DNA of 64,000 nucleotides from Haplodiscus bocki (taxonomy: Eukaryota). A program made the translations under genes and the position numbers. The notes under the pieces were generated by a model. The model saw nothing but the letters and a program-made list of their open reading frames with translations, was not told where the DNA came from and searched no databases. This document shows positions 35,551 through 48,240 of the stretch, one piece after another (positions within the stretch are counted from its first letter, which is position 1; every line of letters starts with the position of its first letter). The DNA lies in contig OZ296659.1 in assembly GCA_965655095.1 (NCBI GenBank), positions 42,222,001-42,286,000 on the forward strand, given 5' to 3'.

Positions 35551-36242
35551 GCAAAAATAAAAAATAGTTTCCATGAAAGAAGCTACGAATGTGGTATACT
35601 TTATTCTAAGTCGTCAGACCGTTTGAAGAATCTGAACAATTTTTTAATCGCACCTTGCTTCTTTTTCAGCTGATTATGTGAGTGCATTTAAATCTAAATG
35701 GATGTAAACCGATGAACTTATTTTGGTCATTAATCTATTCAGTCAATGTTTTTATTCTCAAGTATGTTCTCTTTTCAATGAGAGTTATGTTGATGCTACG
35801 AAGAATAGACTAATAGGGTGAAAATATCGAACGAGTGTTTTGGATGAAATTGTGTTCCAGATCATTAATGATTTTGTTTTACCTTATTCAAACGATGGTA
35901 CTTGTAGTGGCTCTTAGTGATATGGTTGGAGCTGACCTGTGTCATTTTTTTTCTGTACTTTACCATACTAAAATCTTTGAGTTTTCATCAAAACATGTCA
36001 TTTTCAAGCAAGTCCTTCTGCACTTTGGTGTTCGATGGATGAAAAATCTTTTAAAGGCTGAGTAATACTTATTCTACATAATACGTATGCTTGTCCAAGT
36101 ATTCCATGAACTCGTTCATACTGGGGATGGGAAGTAATAGTTTAGTTACATTTGTACCTGCATACAATTTGTGGCTAAAGAACTTACAGACAGGTCTTAG
36201 TAACATTATTGGCTTCATACATATGTAACATGGCGTAAAAAT

Positions 36243-36560
36243 AGAGATATGTAGATATCTAATTTGTCCCTCAAGTGGGCTTGACTATCCTAGATTCATG
36301 AATTCCCTGTGAAAACTCTGTATTTTTGTATTTGATGTTTGGATTTGGTTTCAACATCTGAATGCACAAAGTACGAAAGGCACATGCTCTGATTTTGTCT
36401 CCTGGATTTGCTGGAGAATCTACCTATATATTGCAAGATTTTGACAGGATTTCTTGGAAACAAATCCAGGACATAAAACGCTTGGATTACCTCCCCCCCA
36501 GAGATTCGAACTTCCAATCCTAGGCTTCGCAAGCTACAGTATTAACCTTTGGTCCAATTC
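36243..36560 (-). mobile_element. tRNA-derived SINE
   Basis: Minus strand: A-box-like TGGACCAAAGG, B-box AGTTCGAATCTC about 45 nt downstream (tRNA spacing), ~250 nt body, simple-repeat tail tagatatctacatatctcta. Confidence 0.55.
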
Positions 36561-38366
36561 AATGTATTTTGGCAACAAAATATGTCCATAAATATCGCGG
36601 GAAAAATATACCAATGAAAACAGGCTATCTTGTAAAAACGTTGGATCATAAAACAGAACTAAAGCTATAGGTCATTGTTTCAGGTCATTGTTTCTCCGGC
36701 GAAGCCAGACCGTAGAAATGAGACTTAACACACTCAGACCGTCGTTCATAAAATTTTAAATTTAATCATGTCATAATAGCTATCTGTCATGCCCGTATGC
36801 GGAATTATGAGATAACTACAAATCCCTGAACTTACGCTACTTTATGTGTACATGAAGCTATTATTGTTTGTAGGATCACGATGCCAGTTCTGTAGCACAA
36901 ATCACATGAAGATTCAAAGGTTTTTCTGTCTTTTTACTTTCCTTCCCCCACTGTGAACAAGATTATATATTTCAGAGAGAGCCTTATGAAATATGTACAA
37001 CAAATGTTGATGAGCTTCCAAAGGCAGACTCATCCATCGAAAAACAAACTGGCTGAAGAATCAGATGAGATCTCAAAAAATGCAAGAACAACATCTTTGG
37101 TACATGAAAAAACACAATTGAGCTTCAGCTGGCACACAAAGCTCAAGTACCAGCGACCTGTGTAGCAAGCTGGCTGCATAAAAAACTTTAGGTGAACTCT
37201 GGAGCAGGAAAAAATTTTCATCGGTTAACATCCGTTCGATATTTTCACCCCTTTAATAATTCTCTGATGAAAGAAACTATGAGTTTCAGTGAAAGAAAAA
37301 ACGTACTTGCGAGATTGAAAATAACAAAATGGAGTAACCGATAGTGCCAACTTCATTAGTTTCTACCGGATTGAAGACAAACGAGCACAAACTGCAGTGG
37401 AATATTCAATGTTGAAATTAAAAATCATCAATTTCCACCCGACTGATTAGATCGGCGCAAAAAGTTCCTTTTCACACTATAAGGACTTATGTTTTTGATT
37501 CACCTGAGTTCATCCGTTGCGTATAACAAGTATTGAGAGCATCTAGCACAAGAGTAAAATGTGCATCAGTTCCTATCTGACTGAACGATCATGGTGATGA
37601 ACCGCTGTGGTAATCTTATTCTTTCCCTTGGATTCATCGGTTTCCATCCGAATGTTGAAAACACCCGTGACCTATTACATCGCCATTTAGAATACTATCG
37701 CCTTAATAGGCATTATGAAAATTATCTTTCATAAGTTTTTTTACAATTTGGAACGTGATCGTTTTTCAAAGGAATGACGAATGTCATCGTTGTTACCTTT
37801 TCTGAGTTCATCAGTTTCCATCCGAATGATGAAAGCTGCCTCTAGTAGTAACTCCGTCATTTGCCTAATTCATCGGTTCTGACTGGAGAACAGAAAAACC
37901 CCAGTAGGCTATAAATTTAACTGTTCATTTTTTTACAGAATTTTATCAATAGCTGCGTTGATTACCGCACGCTACGAGATTCCATCTGAATTGAACTTGC
38001 TATAAGAAAACATACAAGAACGGACACATTTGGCACTAGCATCTATTATAATAAAAAAAGTGACTGTATAAAATAATTTCCAAAGGAAAATAAAAAAGCT
38101 TGTAGAAGCGACAGTGCCCATCAGCGATGATCAGCTCAACGCTGAAAACATTCAAAAACTTTTGAATTCCTAGGAATCCCTTTCAGAAGATTGCTTTACG
38201 TATTTGTTATCCATACTCTCCCTTGTAATCGACGATTGCCACCCTGTTTTGATAGTGTAAAATGGTTATGCTAACTTCACATAAACCGCACGATACATGG
38301 TAATAACCAGCACACTTTGCTGCGAGAACAAGTTGCCAACTCATTTAGGTAATTAAATGTAAACAA

Positions 38367-39007
38367 AACAAGACGGCCGTCTACCACCGGCATTTTTTGC
38401 GCCTTTCTATTTTGCTAAAGAAGCAATTTTGAACACCGAAAACGTTTTTTCATCGAAAAGAAGACATTTTTTCTTCTGCATATTTTATAATTTTTCCAAC
38501 GTTCAAAAGTTTCTGATTTTTTTTGTCAAAAATACCTCATATTGAGGCCTGGAAACACAATATTAAACGATATTACCCTTTTATACGCATTCTACAGCAA
38601 AATTTTTTACGTTCGGCAATTTTGAAACAAGTGAAGATTTCTTTCCGAAAAACCCACCTGTTTCTTAAAAAAAGACGTTTTGAGAAATCTAACTATTTCA
38701 GTCGCATTCTCCATCAGTTTTACTACTTTAGACAATTTTCAAAAAATTCAAACTTTTTTTCGAAAAGCCCATCTATTTTTTTTATATGAAACTCAAATTT
38801 CAACGTTTCGAGAATTTCTACTCCTTCAGTCGCATTCTACGGCAAATTTGCTAAAATTTGATGAAAAAAAGTTTGACATTCAAACACGTGAACAACCAAT
38901 GTTGGCTCGTTTGCGCGCGCTCAGTTGGCAAATATCGGGTTAAAAAACACACCGCTTTGAGAGGAAGATTTTGCTTTCCATTTTTACAATATGGCGCAAA
39001 GTATTAA
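38367..39007 (-). mobile_element. HINE/DINE-1-like copy with an internal tandem duplication
   Basis: aacaagacggccgtctaccaccggcattttttgcgcc...atggcgcaaagta; the block 'cgttt.gagaa.t.t.act..ttcagtcgcattct' occurs twice (~38680, ~38805). Confidence 0.8.
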
Positions 39008-39905
39008 CGTTATTCTTCTGAAATCATCGCAATCTTAAGTTTCAGGTCTTTGTTACGAGCATCTTAGTTTGCGTCACTCGTAAAGACATACAAATGGAGA
39101 AAAACGAATCAGTTCGAATTATAGGAAAATGACTGAATTAAGCGTTTGTTAGAATGCTGACCTTCGAAATTCCAATCGAAACGATTCCGGCACTGAACCT
39201 GAAAGCAACGTAATAACACAGAAGCAGGCGGAAGAACAGATCAGATTGTATGTCGCACCGATGAGTAGTGAGCCAGAGGTTTTGACCTGGCTGAGCCAAA
39301 GGATGACGAACACACATCAACCGAATATATCACATAACGGCAAGTACTGGTGCCCGATTCAGATCAACCGGTGTCCAGCCCGGGCACTACCTAAAGCATC
39401 CTGCAACGCATTGTAAACCACACTGATATGCTAAATAATAAATGACTGAAGCAAATTACCAGATACAGTCAAGCATTGCCTGATGACCATTTTCTGCCTT
39501 GTGTTTGGCCCGTTCTTTCTGACCTGAAGGTGAACTCTCAATACCTGAGAGCCTGAGCACGTGAAATTATTTGTGACAGGATCAAAAATTATCTTTTCAA
39601 ACAAAATTTGGTTCAAGGAAGATTCTTTGGTTGCATGAGAACAACAAAACTCAACTAAAACACAGTGTTTTGCCGTAGAAGAAATCTGGCCTTTTTTTCC
39701 TAAGAACTACAATTTATAAAATTTGAAATCTACTTTATGTCAATTTGGAACCCAATTCTGGCAGATGTATCTATTTAAGAATTAATTAATTGAGGTAGAG
39801 TGCGTCCGATGCAAGTGGTTTGTCATAGATATTCATCGTTCGGGGGAAACGAAGCATACGATACTTGATTCAATGATCGAGTGTAGAACGTAATCATAAA
39901 TTTAT

Positions 39906-40417
39906 GCTACCACCGGCATATTTTGCGCCCTTGCAATTTGGTAAAGATGCAATTTTGAACGCCGAAACGTTTTTTCCTCGAAAAAAAGACATTTTTTCTT
40001 CATCATATATTATAAGTTTTCCAACGGTCAAAGTTTCCTGTTTTTTTTTGCCAAATAAACTTCATAATGAGGGCTGGAAACACATTTTAGGAATTATTAC
40101 CAAATTATACGCATTCTACAGCAAATTTACTGCCTTTAGCGATTTTTAAAAATTTCAAGATTTTTTCCGAAAAACCCATCTATTTTCTTAAGAAAAAATC
40201 TAAATTTTAAACTTTTTGATAAATTTTACTATTTCAGTCGCATTCGCCGTTAAAGTTGCTACAATTTGATGAAAAAAAAATTTGACATTCAAACCAGTGA
40301 GCCACCGATGTTGGCTCGTTTACGCGCGCTCAATTAGCAAACATCGGGTTTAAGAAACGCACCTTTTTGAGAGGAAGATTTTGCTTTCCATTTTTTCAAT
40401 ATGGCGCAAAATAATAA
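39906..40417 (-). mobile_element. HINE/DINE-1-like copy (terminal bases missing)
   Basis: gctaccaccggcatattttgcgcc...atggcgcaaaataataa with a perfect subTIR pair. Confidence 0.8.
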
Positions 40418-41324
40418 GGTCTCATTCACGAGGCACAGTCCAAATTTATCTTTGTTCCGGTTTTGCGTTGTAGCATCCAAATTAAGCTAGTGGGATTATC
40501 AAGGCATAAATTGAAAAGCAGTGGATGTTACAGTTGAGATGGGACAGAAAGTCCAAAGTTGCCTGCAAACAATCGTAGCATCTTCGAGAAATTGGAATGT
40601 CGACTAGTGATCCGCATTACTAAAATGAATAATGACGCCGTAGTGTTTGTCAAGTTTCAGTGCAAGTAAGGGAAAGCTGCCTTTATCATGAGCCCTTGAG
40701 TGGTATAATACCTTCAGCCACATTTAAAAACTAATCGATCCTCAAAATAATTCTACTCGTATCATTACAATAAAACGGGAAAAATAGAAATCAAAAATTT
40801 TGAAACTCTTTGTTTTGAAGATGGTTATTCTTCGAAAAGTAGAACAGAAAACCAAAAGAAAGTTATGCCAGAAATTATAACTTCCACAGGAAATTCCATA
40901 GAATGAGGGCTACATATTTTTTGAAGAGAACGAATGTTTTTTGTTACAATTATATGTCTTTCGTTGGATGAAGCTCTCTACAGCCTTTTCAATCAACAGC
41001 AGAATGGAATGAGTGAGCGTTGAAAATGCCTTTCGATCAGTGAATTTGCGGCTCCAAATTTTTTAAGCTGTCATGTGGCGTAGAATTTCGAAATTATTGT
41101 CAGAACTTTTACGGCACCTTGCAACATCTAATTTCGAGATTGAAGTTGTCGTGAAACTTCTTAAAAAATGAAACTTTAGTTGATTATCTCGCTTTTTATC
41201 AGAAGTGTGGGTGAAAAATAGGGAAAAAATATTGAGAGAATCATGTAAGTTATTTTTTGTCATCACAGTCTGACACAATCAATTTTGACGAATCAACAGT
41301 TTTTTCAACTAAAATGTATTTCAG

Positions 41325-41504
41325 CTGGTTCGTACGTTGTCAGAGATTGGAGGCGTTCTTGGCTTATGGGTAGGGCTCTCCGTGATGACAATTGTGGAGT
41401 TCTTCGAAGTACTTTTCCACGTTGGGCGAGAAGTGATTCTTCGAATGAAACAAAGAAACAATTTAAAGTCAGCAAAAGGACGTTCACGAAATTCTCCAGA
41501 AACG
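41325..41504 (+). CDS. DEG/ENaC exon encoding TM2 and selectivity filter (LSEIGGVLGLWVGLSVMTIVEFFE)
   Basis: tttcag| and |gtaact sites; diagnostic 'S.IGG.LGLW.GxS..T..E' motif; phase 0 matches the exon ending at 19111. Confidence 0.92.
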
Positions 41505-41717
41505 GTAACTAATTTCTTGATATTCATTATACTGAATTTATGTTTTAGAGTGTTATAACACAAAAACGCGAAATATAGAAGATTTTTCGAATGTTAGTAA
41601 AATAAGAGCATTCTAAAGTTGAACTCTGAAGTTGCGAGGTGTTTTAGGATTAAAATAGACTCACTTGGCAAAAGTGCTCAAATTATATTGATGCGAAATA
41701 TAATGGCTGTGTTTCAG

Positions 41718-41750
41718 ATTGTTCTCCAGGGAACTCTCAGATCCCACTGA
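41718..41750 (+). CDS. Probable terminal DEG/ENaC coding exon (IVLQGTLRSH*)
   Basis: gtttcag| acceptor, in phase, TGA stop; no homology support. Confidence 0.5.
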   Translation: MVLQGTLRSH

Positions 41751-43760
41751 AAAAGGGTAACTTTGATACTTATTATCATCTCCAGGAAGATCTCACCCTT
41801 CCTATTAAATTGACTCATAGGATTATCATGGCAAAAAAAAAACAAAACGTCTCTCCAAAAGTGCACTTCATGAATTTGATGAGTCTTTTCAATTGACTTG
41901 AACAATTAATATTTTGACAAATCTGCGCCCCAATGCGTCGGTGACGGTTTTTCGTCGCAAAAAATCAATCAATACTAGAAGTTATCCCGTGTTGACTGTC
42001 ATACAAAAAAATGGCAACGCGACAATTCGGACCAAATACCAGATTCGGACCAGAAACAGAATCGCATCGAGGACAAATTCGTCCCACAATTTTAATTACT
42101 TCTAAGTTAGGGTAATTAGCTGCGCTGATCAAAACTTCGCTAGTTTTTTATCAACGGACTAATTAGCGTCAATTACAAATATAACTCAATACGAAACAAA
42201 AAGGAATTTATATCACAGAGGCGATTTGATCTTCTAACTTCCACACATTTTTCCAATGCCCTGAAATTTACCCCAATATCTTCCACTTCCTATTTTCGTC
42301 AAAATATGTTAAAGACCAGAAAACCAAGACGCCTGGCTACCACAGGGATATTTTCCTCCTGATAACTTTTCTAAAAGTGCGTCGAGATCAATTTCTTCTT
42401 TACATCCAGAAAAAAATCAAGAAAACTGAAGTTGCGTCCAGAAAATTGTTTTGAATGAATTCATCTGAAATTTTCAAAGTCGAAATTGCACTATTAGCCA
42501 AAATCGTGCATTTGCAAGTTTACCTAAAAACACGTTAGCCGGGGGAAATATTTTCTCCCCTTATTGAACTAAGGCGATAAAAGGTAATAATCCCCACAGT
42601 CATCTTACCCCTTGGCAATTTCGAAGAAGAAATTTCTTGGAAATTCGCCATATAACACAAAAAGATCCTCCACAAATATTCTGAAACATATAGGCAGTTC
42701 CGACGTTGGCGATTTTTAAAAAACTTTGGAGTCTCTTCCTTCAAAAATAGTTCAGGAGGTCTACCGTTGGGATAAATAGTGGGGTATCTGCCGCTCCGAA
42801 AACAAAATAAATCAAAACCAACCGGTTAAATTATATCAGAACTGGTTGCAAAACTCGTGTACTGTCGGCCAGCAAATTGATATAAGTTTTTTCACTAATT
42901 AGTTAATTAGGCTAATTAGCAAAATCACTCGAGGTAAACTTCAAAACTCGCTCCGAGTATGTCTTTTGTTCGATTCGTCTTAGAGCCACAAAAACCAATT
43001 CATTCATACAAAATCGTATATAGTGAAGTATTAAAACAGTTGAATCATACAATGTTCCAAAATAATTTTTTAAAGCGAACTCATAAAAAGATCAAAAGTT
43101 TGTGTGAACCAAGCTATTGATAAAGTGTACCAAAATATGACCATTGTATGGAAAAAAGTGTACCGAAATGCACTCAAATTAGCAAAAATTTGGCATGATC
43201 TATTTCGGGGAAACAGTGGAATTGAAAATATGACGATTTGAACTTGTGGATAAGCTTCAAAAAGGACCACTTGTCTCACCCAAAGTTTTAGCAATGGTGA
43301 CGACAACCTCGCCATGGGGAGATTTTTCTTTTTTCAGACTTTTATCTGCAGTAAATATGAGCAAAAACAAAATTTTCAACAGACTAGGTTGGTCAACTGC
43401 TTAACTAATGCGTCGGAAACTATAGCAGAGCAATTGACTGTTGTGATAGCAGTTGACTCAATAATCGTTTCAAAAAACATTACCGTTTGGCTGCTCGAAT
43501 CAGTACTAATCGATTCTGGCCCACATAGTTAGCCAATTTTTTCGATTTCTAGTAGAATGCATGGAAAGCAGCAGAAGAATTCAGTAAAAATCTCAATGCA
43601 GAAGGAAGAACACATTGAAATAATTGCCTCATGTCTTTTTCGGAGACCACAATTCAAGTCCCCTGTTAAGATCCAAATTTTTTTTCGTTCTCATCACGTC
43701 CATTTGCCTTCTCAAAGACTTAGCGAAATTGGTTAGCGAAACACACGATTAGGTACTATG

Positions 43761-46540
43761 CTAAACCCAAAAGCAGTTGAACACCTTGTTGAAGTTAAGT
43801 GAACGAAATATAGCATCCGGGCAGACGTAAAGATGATAAATAAAAGCCGACGCTACCGTCGGAGCAAATGAGCAGACGTATAACAAGTATTCTTTGACTC
43901 TATAGTTTTTATTAGGAGTCTGCTGTAGCACCATGTTGTGTGCTATACAATATTCCATCAAGATTGTAGCGGAGACTGCATTAAAATGTTTCATACCGAA
44001 AACTGAAATACTTCATATCAAATCTGACATCTTCTAAACTCTTGCAGTACAAAACTCTTTTACAAAATCAGACCCAATCACTGGTTGTACTTATCAAATC
44101 TGCAATACTTACATCCTGATGCTGGTATTGGCGCTCTGAATTTTCCACTGACAGCGTTCTGAATTGTCCAATGACAATGCAAATTTTTCATATGCAGACA
44201 AAGAAGTCTTAACAACGTTGAACAATTTTGCTAATTAGCGGTCGATCCGCTGCATTTTGTTACCTCTATCCTTTTTCTTTGACAATGGTAGATATTTTTT
44301 GTAGGATTTGCAACTCCGGTTTGTCAAAGAAACCAAATTGTGATGAGGGCCATACAGTCAGAACGAAAAGTTGGGCCGAATACTGATACATATCAGAAAA
44401 TTTGAGTCCAAAAACCGACTGTTGGTGGAAGAAAACTGCTCGGTTTTATCACTTTAAATGAGTGTCTTTCTTCTCAGTCAGATGCCACGTCATAAGACAT
44501 TTTGCACGTGCTTGTTGCAATCTTTGGGCCAACTGACCTTCAGCTGCTGATATGTGGGCCAGAGGCAAACTGATGAAGAATGTTTCAACCTTCAATTTTC
44601 TCTAACAAATCGTTGGTTGCGCTGACCACCAAGAAAAAGAAAAAGGCAGGAGAAGGTCATTGTTCCATGTTATCATGTTTTTATGATGGTCTTTTCTCGC
44701 AATGGAATCGAGGAGGTAAAGCAGCAGTAATTGAAAGTTGACACAAACGCCAAAGCTTCCAGACTACCCAAATACTTGAATGTTGAATCTTCGGCGGTTC
44801 ATTACCATAGCCGCACAATCTTATATCCCCTCAAGGAAAACACCAGCTTAAGATGAAATTCCCGATTTGTTGATAAACTACCATTCTTATCAAAAACTGC
44901 AATTTCCTATGTATCATCATTTCCAAACAAAACCTAAAAGCAAATACCAGTGGTTTTCTAAAAGTGATATTTCGTCCTAAAAAGCGGTTGCCTCAGGAGA
45001 TCTTCCATCCGCTTTCAACATCCTGTAGAGACCTTCCAATGCTTTATGCCATCGTTTGCGGACCAGGCACTTAGCTCGTTCGCTGGTCTTGTAAATGTTC
45101 TGCTACCAGGTTCAGCACCAGCAACATTTAGTACTTATTACTCTGAAGCGAATCTTACTGCTAACGAAAACAGATCTGGGGTCCTTCCCATAGCATTATG
45201 CAAATAATTGAGTAAATTCAACTCGGAGGTAATAGCACGCCATCTCATACCAAAAGGGCTAGATAAAATGCTTCCAAAACTTGGGTTTCTTATCTTTCTG
45301 TGATTTGACAGTCCATTCAACACGAAAATTTTTTGGAAAGCGTCAAAACAGTGATAAAATGCTTAAAGTTTCCTACTCAGGTTCAGGATTAACACTTTGA
45401 TTTTTCAACTGGTTAAACATGTTATGCTCAACCATCAATGCTTGATTGCAAGTTTCACTCCATTGAGAGTTTTTGTAGTGTGTAACAAGGAAATCCCTTA
45501 GGCCGGTTACTTTCTGCAATAGTTTTCTCTGCGTCCGAGACTCCAAGTCGCATATTGAACAAAAATTCCTCATGTCTAATCCTCTGGTGCCGCAGTAGTG
45601 GAACACTCATCGGCACGCACCGGGAAGTTCGAACAGCTCTAAAAATTAAAAAGGCGTGGATCGAAATATGGTTTCAAAATCAATCCGAATGAAAGTGCTG
45701 TACTTCGACCCAAATTCATCGTAAAAAAATCATTCTATCCCAAAACGAAGCGCCTTCACATCTTGGTGCCCAGTTACTCAACTCGTGTATCGGTGAATAG
45801 GATTTTCAACGCCAAGTTATTCAATAAAAAGTAGAAATTGTAGTACCAGTTCTACGCAGTTTATGTGAAATTGAAAACTTACAAATTGATTCTAGCCTTC
45901 TGATGAGCTGTCTTTCAATTTCTGAAGTCAATTGATGCTTGCAAACAACCGGGTCATCCGCCAAATCTGAGAATATTGGGTTTCTCATGCTGCTCTAAAG
46001 CAGGAACTGGATGAACTAGCAGATTAATGTCCTTCTCTTGAGCAATCTTCTGTTGCATCTCTGCCCCAAAGTCTTTTTTGGCTTGAGCATCGGAAACGCA
46101 AAGGTTTGTCAATTGCCGGAAGTCTTTTCTTCTAGGGTTGAAGCATTTCCGAATATTGAGAGTTTTCCGAAGAATGATATCAACATACTGGTATAGCTCT
46201 TGTTCTAACCAAGCTTTCCAAATGCTTCTGGAACACGAACTTGATTTGTGTTCGTTTCTCTCCAACAACCTCTTTGAACTACATCGTTTTTTCACCAAAT
46301 TGTTTTTTTTTTCAAAAGTACTAAAAGGTTTCTTCTCAATTGCAGATGAGGCCACCAGGGTTGACATTTTGTCATATTTTCCTGCTCATGGCAGCCGAAT
46401 GTTTGGGAGGTCTTCATTCAACTCTGCTCGGATTTGCTTCACCTTCTGCTGATTTTTGGAGCTCAACTTGTGTGCCGTTGTTTTCAATGGAACACAAATG
46501 TTTTCGCACTTTTAGTTACTTTCCCGGCTTCCATAGTACT
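43761..46540 (-). pseudogene. Long intronless eroded ORF region of unknown family (probably TE- or virus-derived)
   Basis: Minus-strand ORF fragments 45954-46367, 45373-45606, 45138-45323 and 43761-43994 extend across isolated stops into longer protein-like runs, e.g. LELFELPGACR*VFHYCG...; no splice structure seen. Confidence 0.45.
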
Positions 46541-47064
46541 CATTCGATACATGATTGCAGTTAATTTTCCTCTTTTGTTTTTTTTTTAATATGGAAAGAA
46601 AATTTTAGAAAATTGATTTTGACTCATCCCTAATTTTGTGTAAATTTATATAGTTTTGTTAAATGACGGAAAAAGTTTCGGGATGATGAATAAATTTGAT
46701 GTGTGAAGTTAAAAATTCTGGCATTGTTATAACTAATGATTAGGTTAGATTAGATTCTAAGGAAGTTCATTTTTTACTGGATAGAATTAAATAGCAGCTC
46801 TTGTGACATCGTGTTTCCAGAAAAGTATAAACTCCACTGATCGAGTGTTGGACACATTTGGACAACGCTGTCAAGCTTTTCTTCTATCAATAACTGTTTT
46901 TTTTTGTATCGACGTGTATGGTCCATAAACTGGAACGTGTTTGACTCTGATGTTAGGTTATCACGAGACAGCAGTTTTTTGGACACTGTCTTTTGGGATT
47001 TTTTGAAAATAACTCAGACCTAGTAACACTTAATATGCATCTGCAAAAAAACATCCATTCTTTC

Positions 47065-47225
47065 CTGGGTTGAAACCTCAGAGGACATCAGCGCTAATTT
47101 TTTTCTCGTAAAACGTTGATTACAACTGAATCAGCTTTGGTGAGGGATTTTTAGATGATGTATACTGATGATATTATGCTATCATTGAATGATTCAAAGC
47201 TGAGCAGCGCTGAATTTCATCAACA
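47065..47225 (+). repeat. Eroded terminal fragment of the CAGCGCTG-rich transposon family
   Basis: cctgggttgaaacctcagaggacatcagcgct resembles cccgggttgacgtctcagagacattcagcgct at 12576. Confidence 0.5.
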
Positions 47226-47746
47226 GCTCATTTGAGGGGAAAATTTGTATTGGAAAACGGCTTTTGCTTGTTTTTTATCCTCTCCAAACCTTGCAATTTT
47301 TGACGTCATCAGACATTCTAGTCATCTTGTGTCAGCGGTCAAAAACTGCCTCTTTTTGACAGGTATTATTTATTTTCACGTTGTTTCCTGTGCAAAATTC
47401 CTAAACGTTGAGCAACAAAATGCCATAACCTGAATAGACTAGATAGGCAAATCAAATTTTCGAGTATGTGACCCTGTGACAAGTACGTATCTCAATTTGA
47501 CTTTTTGGAACAAACTTTGATTGAAAGCTGGTGTAATAATTCTAAAAGTGTCAATCAAACCACCGATCAGGCTATTGGTTGCACTTTGAAATCTGCTATC
47601 TCAACTGAGGAGTACGCTTCGCGCCGGTGTTTCATTTCATTGTTACATTGATAGGTCAACTTTATGTATAATCTCTCTCCTGTGTCTAAAAAATAGGGAA
47701 TCGTTATCAGTAGCACTGCAATCGATAGTTTGTTGAAAAAAAATGA

Positions 47747-48240
47747 AACAAGAAGGCTTATTTCCCGCCCTCCAATTATGTTAAAAATGCCTTTCAAAAA
47801 ATGAGAAAGTTTTTTTTTGCAAAATATACTCTTATGTTAAATAAATATAAATCTAAATCTCCAAATTAAAAAAATTTCATTTTTTGCAAAAAAAACTTCA
47901 TAATTAAAGTGGAAAAGAGATTTTTAAGGAATAATATCATTTTATACGTACTCTACAGCAATTTTGCCAACTTTAATGATTTTGAAAAAAAATCAAGTTT
48001 TATTTTGAAAAAAAAAACGTTTGTGTTTTTCAAAAAAACCCAAGTTTCGTACCTTTCGAGAAGTCTTACTATTTCAGTTGACTATAATTCAGTTTCAAGT
48101 TGCTATAACTTGGTGATAAAAAATTTCGATATCAGAATCTGGGCTTTGCCCGGACAATTGGCAAGTAAACGTGAAGAAAAGGCACCGCGTTGAGTGGATG
48201 ATTTTCCTTCCATTTTATAAGTTTGGGCGGAAATCAATAA
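47747..48240 (-). mobile_element. HINE/DINE-1-like copy
   Basis: aacaagaaggcttatttcccgccc...gggcggaaatcaataa; the body matches the other copies. Confidence 0.7.

Noticed and set aside
38523-40149. ORFs 38523-38789, 38680-38943 and 39904-40149 (also 21463, 28114, 47909)
   Set aside because: They are chance F/K-rich frames inside HINE copies.
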